Positions 8,486 to 16,082 of a stretch of 38,300 bases of DNA are shown piece by piece; the stretch's first letter is position 1, and each line of letters begins with the position of its first letter. The notes under the pieces were generated by a model. The model had not been told where the DNA came from, did no database searches, and saw only the letters and a list, made by a program, of their open reading frames with translations. The position numbers were made by a program, and so were the translations under genes. This DNA comes from an uncultured Candidatus Bathyarchaeia archaeon (GTDB lineage Archaea > Thermoproteota > Bathyarchaeia > Bathyarchaeales > CAZOCN01): assembly GCA_964578315.1 (NCBI GenBank), contig CAZOCN010000001.1, forward strand, positions 1 to 38,300. Reading direction: 5' to 3'.

Positions 8486-8945
8486 GAGGGGGGAGGTGAA
8501 ACTGTCTACAAGACGTAGGAGAAGTATCTTCGATTTAATGAGGGAATACATGGAAGAGTTTGAGAGCTACATTGACGAATTATTTGAGGAGACCTTAGAG
8601 CGGCCCAGTTGGAATGTGACTTCAAGTTCTCTAGAGCCTCTTTGCACAGTATACGTCATGGACGAGGAAGTCGTAGTAAGAGCTGATCTCCCCTATGTTC
8701 GCCCAGAGACGCTGGAGATCGAATGGGTGAACGAGAATGTTATAGAGATAAAGGCGATGATGAAACGGAGATTAAGATTTGACGATTTCGGATTGAGACA
8801 TAGAACTGGAGAGTTCGTCTGTTACAGAAGGCGAGTTAGAATTCCAGTTCCAGTGGAGACAGAGAAGGCTAAAGCCTCCTTCAAAGGCGGGATTCTAGAG
8901 ATTCACCTCCCAAGAAAGAAGGGGTACAAAATAAAGATAGAATAA
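8478..8945 (+). CDS. hsp20: Small heat-shock protein (Hsp20/alpha-crystallin domain)
   Basis: The alpha-crystallin domain pattern is present: VYVMDEEVVVRADLPYVRPETLEIEW...NVIEIKA...ASFKGGILEIHLPRKKG. The ATG overlaps the PAC2 stop. The strong SD AGGAGGGGGGAGGTGA lies just inside the ORF, so the true start may be a few codons downstream. Confidence 0.85.
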   Translation: MFRRGEVKLSTRRRRSIFDLMREYMEEFESYIDELFEETLERPSWNVTSSSLEPLCTVYVMDEEVVVRADLPYVRPETLEIEWVNENVIEIKAMMKRRLRFDDFGLRHRTGEFVCYRRRVRIPVPVETEKAKASFKGGILEIHLPRKKGYKIKIE

Positions 8946-8957
8946 AAATCTGATCCC

Positions 8958-9890
8958 TCAACCTTCGTTGATAGCTTCCATGGCAGCCGCGATTATTATC
9001 GGGAAGGCTATTACAGCATCACAGATCAACGTTACAGCTTTACCTTCAGGTTTCAACTTCCCCCAGCTTATAGCCTCCTCCAAGGGGGCTCCACTGAGGC
9101 CACCGGGTTCTGGTCTGTCCATGGTTATCTGAACTGCTAGGTCTACTCCATCTCTGAAGGTATTTGCGAAAAGCCCAAAGTGTTTCGGATAGCCGCCTCC
9201 AAGTATTATTATTCCGCTTTTCTTCGCTTCGAAGACCTTGTCAGTGATCACCGTGAGGTCGAGGAAGGGATCTAACTGAACCTTCTTATCCTGCCATGCA
9301 ATCCACAACTGGAAACCAACTATAGAATCTAAGAAGCCTGGTGAGATTATGGGTACACCATTGTCCGCAGCCGCCTTCAATATTGAGTCCGGATCTTCGA
9401 TTCTTCGCCCTATCTCCTCAAGTAGTTTAGATATGGAGATAGGCCCCTTCTTCAATTCTGGAATGTCGTCTAGAATCTTATGAAGCCATCTCTCCAAGTC
9501 TTCGAAGGCTTTCTGCTCCACGTATATATCTCCGATTCTACCGACCTCGTCCCTTTTAAGGACCTCATCTTCCGCGTAGAAGCTCCCCTTGTAATGTTTG
9601 TGGCCTATGGCTTCAACCATGTCATGGACCATATTTGCACCGGTAGTAACTATAACGTCCACCCAACCTCGTTTGATTAGACCGCTGATTATAACGCGTA
9701 GGCCGGCTGGAACTAGAGGACCGGCCAAAGTTAGGAAAACGGTGCAGTCTGGATCTTTGAACATCTCGACTACAAGATCAACAGACTTCCCTAATCTTCC
9801 GGCGCCTAAGACGCCGGTCTCTCGCATCTCTGAAAGGAGTTCCCTAAGGGATATTCCTGGATAAAGCCTTATCTGCTTGACAGGGTCCAA
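8958..9890 (-). CDS. dys: Deoxyhypusine synthase
   Basis: Diagnostic DHS blocks are present: TLAGPLVPAGLR, VIVTTGANMVHD, GGGYPKH and EAISWGK (catalytic Lys). The TTG start lies 5 nt after GGAGAGGT. It is immediately downstream of its substrate gene, aIF5A. Confidence 0.9.
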   Translation of the reverse strand: MDPVKQIRLYPGISLRELLSEMRETGVLGAGRLGKSVDLVVEMFKDPDCTVFLTLAGPLVPAGLRVIISGLIKRGWVDVIVTTGANMVHDMVEAIGHKHYKGSFYAEDEVLKRDEVGRIGDIYVEQKAFEDLERWLHKILDDIPELKKGPISISKLLEEIGRRIEDPDSILKAAADNGVPIISPGFLDSIVGFQLWIAWQDKKVQLDPFLDLTVITDKVFEAKKSGIIILGGGYPKHFGLFANTFRDGVDLAVQITMDRPEPGGLSGAPLEEAISWGKLKPEGKAVTLICDAVIAFPIIIAAAMEAINEG

Positions 9891-9971
9891 CGGTTACCTC
9901 TCCATCCTAAAGAAAGTAGGAGATGAAAGTTTCTTTTTTGGATTTTGTGGGTGACGGTGGAACTATATGGA

Positions 9972-10364
9972 CTATTTCACGCGGACTATCTTAGTCCTGT
10001 CTAAGATGCTCCAGTACTCAACTTCCACGCCTGAAGTTAACTTTGAAGCGAGGTCCTCATCTTCAGGCATAGAAGCCTCGAATATTTGGTATGTCTCTAG
10101 ATCCATAATCTGGACGCTTTGCGGCATTACAGAGATTATCTGCCCGGTCCTCTTATTTATTATAGGAACTTCCACTTGGGCGTCAACAGGCTTAACGAAG
10201 CTCCTCTTGGTTCCGTCGAAGACACCAATAGCGACGATTCTGGCTTTAGCTGTGCCATGCTTCCCAGGTTTAGATTTCGTGTACTCCACTATACGGCAGG
10301 GTTCATTATCTATTATCACGTAGCTACCAACTTTCAGAGAGCCCACATCAGCAGGTCTACTCAC
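9972..10364 (-). CDS. eif5a: Translation initiation factor 5A (aIF5A)
   Basis: The hypusine loop [13 protein letters not shown] is present, with the modified Lys codon at 10260..10262. The SH3-like N-domain plus OB C-domain layout and the 130 aa length fit aIF5A. Confidence 0.95.
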   Translation of the reverse strand: MSRPADVGSLKVGSYVIIDNEPCRIVEYTKSKPGKHGTAKARIVAIGVFDGTKRSFVKPVDAQVEVPIINKRTGQIISVMPQSVQIMDLETYQIFEASMPEDEDLASKLTSGVEVEYWSILDRTKIVRVK

Positions 10365-10580
10365 AATACCACCTCACACCTATTAACAGATCAACATTCA
10401 CGGAATTTCCTCTTCCACAGACTCTTCTGAACGTATTAGAATTTGTATTATTTAAAGGATTAACATTTAAGTCTTTAAAGAGAGGAAAATGAAGAAGAGT
10501 CAAAGATTTTATTCGGAGAAACACGGAATATATCACATTAGATTAATCCGTTAATAGGGCGATAATTTGGTGTTTGACAG

Positions 10581-11432
10581 ATGACAGAATTTCAAGTTAT
10601 AGGAATCGTTGCACGGCATGATAGGAAGAAGGCGCTTAAGTACGCGGAGAGAGTAGTGGAATACCTAGAATCGAAAGGAGTAACCTTACGTGTGGAGGAG
10701 AACCTCGCCAGGTTACTTGGTAGAGAGAGGGAAGGCGTACCTCTTGAGAAGATGAAGACAGACCTCATTGTTACGATAGGTGGAGATGGCACGATACTCA
10801 ATACATGCCTTGGAATACCGAAACCTGAGCCTCCACTCCTCACCATAAACATGGGTGTAAGAGGTTTCTTAACGGAAGTGAAGCCTAGTAAAGGGTTAGA
10901 GGCTCTAGAGAGGTGCCTGAAGGGAGATTATAGGTTAGAGCGGTCTGTTAAGCTCGCATCCTTTATAGGCAAGAAAAGACTTCCGGACGCCTTGAATGAA
11001 GTTTACATAACTTCAAAGACCTTAGCGAAGCTATTGTACGTTAGAGTCTGGAGAGATGGAATACCTATTGCGAAAGGACGGGCAGACGGGTTTGTAATAG
11101 CTTCTCAAACGGGGTCGACGGGGTACTCTCTCTCTGCTGGAGGACCGATACTTGACCCATTGATAGACGGATTCGTCTTAACTCCAGTATGCCCCTTAAC
11201 GATCTTTCATCCTATCGTCTTCTCCTCCTCTTCAACAGTTAAATTAGAGATTCTTAAACCTAAAGAAGTCAGCATTGTAGTGGATGGTCACTACCAGTGC
11301 ACTACGAGTTCTGAAGAACGATTCGTTAAGATAGTGAAATCGGAGCACACAACTTCATTTATTAGATTCAACGGTGGATTTTATGATAGACTAAGAGCGC
11401 GATTACTATTCTCAAGAGGGGGGAGAATCTGA
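10581..11432 (+). CDS. nadK: NAD kinase
   Basis: The motifs GGDGTIL, NMGVRGFLTE and ASQTGSTGYSLSAGGPI are NAD kinase (PpnK) motifs. Confidence 0.9.
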   Translation: MTEFQVIGIVARHDRKKALKYAERVVEYLESKGVTLRVEENLARLLGREREGVPLEKMKTDLIVTIGGDGTILNTCLGIPKPEPPLLTINMGVRGFLTEVKPSKGLEALERCLKGDYRLERSVKLASFIGKKRLPDALNEVYITSKTLAKLLYVRVWRDGIPIAKGRADGFVIASQTGSTGYSLSAGGPILDPLIDGFVLTPVCPLTIFHPIVFSSSSTVKLEILKPKEVSIVVDGHYQCTTSSEERFVKIVKSEHTTSFIRFNGGFYDRLRARLLFSRGGRI

Positions 11433-11506
11433 AGGGTAAAGGGAGAGAAGTAATTGTTCTGGATACTTCATCCCTTATAGCAGGTTTAAACCCTTCATCC
11501 CTCGAG

Positions 11507-11956
11507 ATGACCTCCTATATTCCCCCAGCCGTTCTCGAGGAATTAACGCGTAACAGCCTAGCTAAAACGCGTTTGGAAGCCGCCATCAGAAGTGGGAAGG
11601 CTAAAGTTGTTATGCCGAGTTCAGAGGCGCTACTTGAGGTTAAGGATGCTTCGAGCCTTATGGGGGATTCCTACCTCCTTTCAGAGGCTGACATACAAGT
11701 CTTAGCGTTGGCCTTAGACCTCAAAAAAGAGGGAGACGACACCACTATAGTGACCGACGACTATTCTATCCAGAATGTAGCAGACAAGATCAGATTGAAC
11801 TACAAGCCATTGATCACCTTCGGAATACGGAAACGCATATTATGGAAGCGTTACTGCCCCGCCTGCTACAAGAGCTACCCTCAAGATTACCCGCATAGAA
11901 TTTGCCAAGTCTGCGGAACACCGCTGAAAAGGAAGCCGATAAGGAAAACCAGATAG
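11507..11956 (+). CDS. nob1: Nob1-type endonuclease (PIN domain + C-terminal zinc ribbon), 16S rRNA 3'-end maturation
   Basis: It has LSEADIQVLALA, IVTDDYSIQNVA and the zinc ribbon CPAC...CQVCG. Coordinates are from the first ATG. The conserved PIN first strand VIVLDTSS, with its catalytic Asp codon at 11462..11464, is encoded in-frame upstream, so the real start is probably near 11429..11453 (see finding). Confidence 0.85.
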   Translation: MTSYIPPAVLEELTRNSLAKTRLEAAIRSGKAKVVMPSSEALLEVKDASSLMGDSYLLSEADIQVLALALDLKKEGDDTTIVTDDYSIQNVADKIRLNYKPLITFGIRKRILWKRYCPACYKSYPQDYPHRICQVCGTPLKRKPIRKTR

Positions 11957-11996
11957 AACTCTTCGATAAGAGATTTTTCGGATATTTACAACTAGG

Positions 11997-12007
11997 TTTA
12001 TATATAT
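11997..12007 (+). promoter_or_regulatory. TATA-box candidate for the membrane-protein / NTase paralog 1 transcription unit
   Basis: TTTATATATAT lies about 42 nt upstream of the GTG at 12049. I saw no comparable element between 12813 and 12865. Confidence 0.45.
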
Positions 12008-12048
12008 GTAATGTATAAAACGACAAAACAATTTCCAAAAGTACAAGG

Positions 12049-12813
12049 GTGAATGATGTGACGGCTGGTAAAATATCAACGCGGAAGGTGGCTCTATTGG
12101 CTGTTTTTATAGCGCTATCGGCGGTAATAGCGGAGTTTGTTCCAGGCATTCCAATAATTGGGGTCTCAGGCGCCAGTATAAAATTTGATGCTGCCATCGC
12201 GCCTATTTGGGGTCTGATCTTGGGGCCGTATCTTGGGGCGCTGGCTGGTTTCGTGGGAGGCGTGATAGTAGCTAGTAGTCCATTCAGTGTACTAACTTCG
12301 TTAAGTACAGGAGCCTCAGCTTTCGTCGCAGGCGCTTTCACTCAGGAGTATTTTCATTTTGGAAAGCGTAAGGTTAGAGGGTGGATCGTTGCAGCGCTTG
12401 TTCTCGGCTTTCTTATAGCTGGATGGTATGGGACGTGGATCGGGCAGAGAGCTCCTTTCTATCCTTCGCTCCATTTCCTAGGCCTCCTACTTATCCTAGG
12501 CGGAAGAGGGTCGGTAGCTAGATGGTCTAGAGAGAACAGCAAAGGGAAACTTTTACTCGCCGTTCCTCTGGCCAGTTACGCAGGCATAATATCTGATCAT
12601 ATGGTAGGGAATTTAGCCTTCATAACTTCGGTCGGTCTCTTCATTCAAATACCGCCAGAATTGGACCTACCAGCCCTCTTTATGGCCGTTATTCCGATCT
12701 CCGCCGTTGAGAGAGCGGTTCTCACTGCAATAGCTACTCTCATAGGAGTCAGCTTAATTCTCGCTCTCCAAAAAGCGGGACTTTACGTGAGAGACAGAAA
12801 TGGAGAGAACTGA
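12049..12813 (+). CDS. Polytopic membrane protein, ECF-transporter S-component-like (tentative)
   Basis: It has about 6-7 hydrophobic helices. The N-terminal pattern RKVALLAVFIALSAVI...GLILGPYLGALAGFVGG resembles substrate-capture S components. The assignment is by pattern only. Confidence 0.45.
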   Translation: MNDVTAGKISTRKVALLAVFIALSAVIAEFVPGIPIIGVSGASIKFDAAIAPIWGLILGPYLGALAGFVGGVIVASSPFSVLTSLSTGASAFVAGAFTQEYFHFGKRKVRGWIVAALVLGFLIAGWYGTWIGQRAPFYPSLHFLGLLLILGGRGSVARWSRENSKGKLLLAVPLASYAGIISDHMVGNLAFITSVGLFIQIPPELDLPALFMAVIPISAVERAVLTAIATLIGVSLILALQKAGLYVRDRNGEN

Positions 12814-12864
12814 AGAGAACAGCCCTTACGGATTCAGTTGCATCTTTAGATTGGAGGGTAATTT

Positions 12865-13878
12865 TTGTTTGTTGAAGCGCGAGAAGGAGATCTCATAGAG
12901 GTCTCTGAGGGAGCTTTATTCGACGTAAAGGGACTCGTCCATCCACCTCGTAGGGTAGTTGCATTCATCCGTTACTACCCCAATTCAAGAGGGGAGAGAC
13001 TTAAAGGAGGAGTTAGATTCAGTAAAGTCTACAGCCTCTCTAAACGGTACAACCTCCTAAAGGAGAAGTTTCCGCAGTACCTCGTTTACGATTCTGTTTT
13101 TGATGAGTGGTTATGCGAGGTCCCCCACAAGGATGTTGTAAAGCATTATAGACCTACGGAGTATTTACGAGAGTTAAGAGGGTCTGATGAACTAGATCCC
13201 ATAGAGAGTCTAGCTGTGGATTTAGCGGAGACCCTAAAAGAAGAGGCGAGGATTCCTTGGAGTGCTTTGGGAGTCTCCGGTTCAATACTCTCGGGCATCC
13301 ACAACAGAAAATCCGATTTAGATCTAGTGGTCTACGGATCGGATAACTGTCGGAGGGTATACGCCGCTCTCCTCGATCTAACTGAAAGGGGAAGAATGTT
13401 GAAGAGGTATGATATAGATGGTTTAAGAAGGCTTTACGCCTTCAGAGCGAAGGACAGTAAGGCGAGTTTTGAGGAGTTTTTGAAGACTGAGACTAGGAAA
13501 GTAATGCAGGGAATTTACCAGAATAGAGACTACTTCTTGCGTTTCGTTAAAGACTGGGGGGAAGTGGACGAGGAGTATGGAAGTATTAGATATAGAAGGC
13601 GAGGGCGTGCAAGATTGAAGGCGAGGATTGCGGATGATTCTGAGTCCATCTTTACTCCATGCAGATACCGAATCGATGAAGTAGATTTCATTGAGGGAGT
13701 GAAGGTAGAGCCTCTAGTGGAAATAGCCTCCTTCAGGGGGAGGTTCTGCGAGCAAGCGAGGGTGGATGAGTGGGTTATTGCTGAGGGCAAGGTTGAGATG
13801 GTACAGAGACTTAACGGGGAAGTCTACTATAGATTGCTCCTCGGAAACAGCCCCTTGGACCAGATGATACGTGCTTAG
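12865..13878 (+). CDS. Uncharacterised Pol-beta-superfamily nucleotidyltransferase with C-terminal OB-like domain, paralog 1
   Basis: The NTase motif LGVSGSILSGIHNRKSDLDLVVYG lies at 13270..13338. It shares an N-terminal block (EGALFDVKGLVHPPRR...KFPQY) and a C-terminal block (GRARLKARIADDSESIFTPCRYRIDE...EGKVE...YYRLLLG) with the next two genes. The TTG start lies 6 nt after GGAGGG. Confidence 0.7.
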   Translation: MFVEAREGDLIEVSEGALFDVKGLVHPPRRVVAFIRYYPNSRGERLKGGVRFSKVYSLSKRYNLLKEKFPQYLVYDSVFDEWLCEVPHKDVVKHYRPTEYLRELRGSDELDPIESLAVDLAETLKEEARIPWSALGVSGSILSGIHNRKSDLDLVVYGSDNCRRVYAALLDLTERGRMLKRYDIDGLRRLYAFRAKDSKASFEEFLKTETRKVMQGIYQNRDYFLRFVKDWGEVDEEYGSIRYRRRGRARLKARIADDSESIFTPCRYRIDEVDFIEGVKVEPLVEIASFRGRFCEQARVDEWVIAEGKVEMVQRLNGEVYYRLLLGNSPLDQMIRA

Positions 13879-14942
13879 CTCTTTACCACCTTTAATGTTT
13901 GCTCGTAGTATCGAGGACCATAAGATAGGGTTACTTGATAATAATTCTCCTTCGGAGCTTCAACTTTCTCCAGATGCCCCTCGACGTATACTGTCTCGTC
14001 CCGCCGTGCCTGCATTCTGAACTCCTCAACATAGGAGATGATTCTCCGAAGTTCTCCTCTAAAACCTGGGAAGTCTAGGGGTTCTATTTTGTATATGGAT
14101 GGAATGAAAGGAGCCTCTTCATCATCTATTATCCGGGCTCTCCCCTTTATCCATCCAACTTCACGTATCCTCATATCAGAGGAGTACTCATTCCGGATCT
14201 CGCCCCACTCTTTAACGGGTTCAAACTCGGTCTTTACAGTTCGCCCAGTTGCCTTGTCCCTGTAAAGGCCGTAGATCAATTTCCTTCTCTGGTGCCAGAT
14301 GTATTCTTTAACAGTTAAATTCTTGAACCTCCAATGCTTTCCCTCCATAACTCTCTCCTCCTCGAATTCGTTGCGTAAAGGCGTACTCTCCGCGTAGAAG
14401 TCTCTAAGAGCCTCTAGTAGTTTATCTAACCTCTCCTTTCCGTAGACTATTAGATCAAGGTCTGAGAAGGCTGGATGGTGGAAGCCGTGTAAGATGGAGC
14501 CGAAAACGCCTAGAGAGGACCCCGGAATACCAGCGTTGGATGTTACTAGGCGGTACAGGCTCTGTAAAGCCGCTATGAGAGGATCTTCTGCCTCCTGTTG
14601 GATCAGGTGGTTTAATCTCTCCTCGGGTTTAAGGGTCTTCCATATCTGGGATTCGCGGATTCCTACGAGAGACCTCTGGAGAGGCTCGTAAAATATTGTG
14701 TATTGGGGATACTTCTCTTTAACGAATCGGAGGCCCTCATCGGCGTAGAACTTGTAGTAAAGGAGGCCTCTCCCCTTCCTAATCGCTCGGGGGTCCTCCG
14801 TTCTGTAAATCTTAGAGGAGGCGTATTCCACATCGCAAATATAGGCTCTAGGAGGATGAAAGTACCCATATACCCTGAAGATCAAGCCTTCCCTAGTTAA
14901 TACGGTGTCTCTGTCCCTCAACCTCATCTTTAGAACTCTCAA
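13875..14942 (-). CDS. Uncharacterised Pol-beta-superfamily nucleotidyltransferase with C-terminal OB-like domain, paralog 2
   Basis: The NTase motif LGVFGSILHGFHHPAFSDLDLIVYG lies at 14439..14510. It has the same N-terminal block (REGLIFRVYGYFHPPR...KYPQY) and C-terminal block (GRARIIDDEEAPFIPSIYKIE...EGHLE...YYQVTL). ATG at 14927 is the likely start. Its stop overlaps the stop of paralog 1 (cTTAg). Confidence 0.7.
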   Translation of the reverse strand: MRVLKMRLRDRDTVLTREGLIFRVYGYFHPPRAYICDVEYASSKIYRTEDPRAIRKGRGLLYYKFYADEGLRFVKEKYPQYTIFYEPLQRSLVGIRESQIWKTLKPEERLNHLIQQEAEDPLIAALQSLYRLVTSNAGIPGSSLGVFGSILHGFHHPAFSDLDLIVYGKERLDKLLEALRDFYAESTPLRNEFEEERVMEGKHWRFKNLTVKEYIWHQRRKLIYGLYRDKATGRTVKTEFEPVKEWGEIRNEYSSDMRIREVGWIKGRARIIDDEEAPFIPSIYKIEPLDFPGFRGELRRIISYVEEFRMQARRDETVYVEGHLEKVEAPKENYYQVTLSYGPRYYEQTLKVVKS

Positions 14943-14960
14943 GGTTTACGCTTTAAGAAC

Positions 14961-14990
14961 CTATTCCTTATTTTAATGTTTTTAACTTTC
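14961..14990. promoter_or_regulatory. AT-rich bidirectional promoter region between NTase paralogs 2 and 3
   Basis: The only AT-rich tract (CTTATTTTAATGTTTTTAAC) in the divergent spacer carries TATA-like octamers on both strands, about 30-45 nt from either coding start. Confidence 0.4.
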
Positions 14991-15101
14991 ATCTTAGGAG
15001 GGGATTAGGGGACGGAGAGAGGATTCAGAGACCGAGATTTCATAAGAACCAAGGAAGGCTTTTTCTTCTGTGTAGTCGGTTCTCTTCATCCGCCTGATCG
15101 G

Positions 15102-16061
15102 GTGATCTCTTACGTAAAGTACATCCCTGCCGTCAAGGGCCGTTGGTTTTACCGGGGTACTCCTTTGAAGAGAGTCCTAAAGAGCTATACTATACCAAGT
15201 CTCCTAGAGACTTTCACTCTTCTTAAGGAGGAGTCTCCGCATTATACGTTCCACTCGGAAGTTTACGGAATAGAGATGAGTGCTGTTCCGCGAGATTACA
15301 TCTCCAAACATTACTTGCCAGAGGAGAAGTTGAAGGCTATCTTCCGCCTACCCAAACCTGATAGGCTACAGAAGGTAATCATCGAATTAGTCTCCCTATT
15401 ATCTGTGAGGAGTGGAATACCGATCTCAGAGTTTGGGATAACCGGCTCCGTACTCCTAGAGATCCACAATCCCGAATTCTCAGATATCGACCTCACAGTC
15501 TATGGTAGAGAGAATAGTGCGCTTTTGAAGAAGACCCTTAGAGAGGAGAGCATAGGGCGTCTAGAGGGGAAGGAACTTAAGGATTGGTGTAAACGTAAAA
15601 CTGAAAGATACCCAATTACACTTAAGGAGGCACTGATTATTTACAGAAGGAAATGGAACATCGGAAAGTTTGAGGGCGTAAACTTTTCTCTTCATCCTGT
15701 AAAAACAGAAGAAGAGCTAGAAGAGAAATATGGCGATAAGATTTATAGAGCTTTAGGTGAAGTCACTATTGGCGCAACAGTCTCTGAAGATCTAGACAGT
15801 ATGTTCCTACCTGCGGTCTATAAGGTTGAAGACGTCGATATTACTCGAGGAGAAGCTATCGGCGACATCAAAGAAGTGGTTTCCTATGAGAGCCTTTACG
15901 CGGATATAGCCACAGAAGGGGAGAGGATCAAGGTGCGAGGGAAACTTGAGGAGGTAACGGAGAAGAAGAGCGGTAAGGTTTACTACAGGGTCCTCGTCGG
16001 CTCCCCTCAGGGGAAGGGAAGAGAATACATAAAACCTATATCAGACCGAGTTTTCAGTTGA
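15102..16061 (+). CDS. Uncharacterised Pol-beta-superfamily nucleotidyltransferase with C-terminal OB-like domain, paralog 3
   Basis: The NTase motif FGITGSVLLEIHNPEFSDIDLTVYG lies at 15435..15506. The C-terminal block is GEVTIGATVSEDLDSMFLPAVYKVED...RGKLE...YYRVLVG. Coordinates are from the first canonical start (GTG). Family-conserved sequence FRDRDFIRTKEGFFFCVVGSLHPPDR continues in-frame upstream to 15009 (see finding). Confidence 0.7.
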   Translation: MISYVKYIPAVKGRWFYRGTPLKRVLKSYTIPSLLETFTLLKEESPHYTFHSEVYGIEMSAVPRDYISKHYLPEEKLKAIFRLPKPDRLQKVIIELVSLLSVRSGIPISEFGITGSVLLEIHNPEFSDIDLTVYGRENSALLKKTLREESIGRLEGKELKDWCKRKTERYPITLKEALIIYRRKWNIGKFEGVNFSLHPVKTEEELEEKYGDKIYRALGEVTIGATVSEDLDSMFLPAVYKVEDVDITRGEAIGDIKEVVSYESLYADIATEGERIKVRGKLEEVTEKKSGKVYYRVLVGSPQGKGREYIKPISDRVFS

Positions 16062-16082
16062 ATCATAAAAAGGTAGAAAGTT

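Noticed and set aside
9967-10430. The plus-strand ORFs 9967..10323 and 10119..10430 opposite aIF5A, and 9480..9864 opposite DHS.
   Set aside because: They are antisense to two highly conserved and unambiguous genes, and I recognise no motifs.
11814-12341. A 175-aa minus-strand ORF spanning the nob1 3' end, the intergenic TATA region and the 5' part of the membrane-protein gene.
   Set aside because: It crosses a promoter-like AT-rich spacer and is antisense to two supported genes. Its A/P/T-rich sequence mirrors the hydrophobic gene opposite, and I recognise no motifs.
14976-15008. A 10-codon mini-ORF (MFLTFILGGD-stop) in the paralog 2 / paralog 3 spacer.
   Set aside because: It is too short and overlaps the SD-like element. 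It is considered only as a possible read-through or assembly-error N-terminus of paralog 3 (see finding), not as an independent gene.
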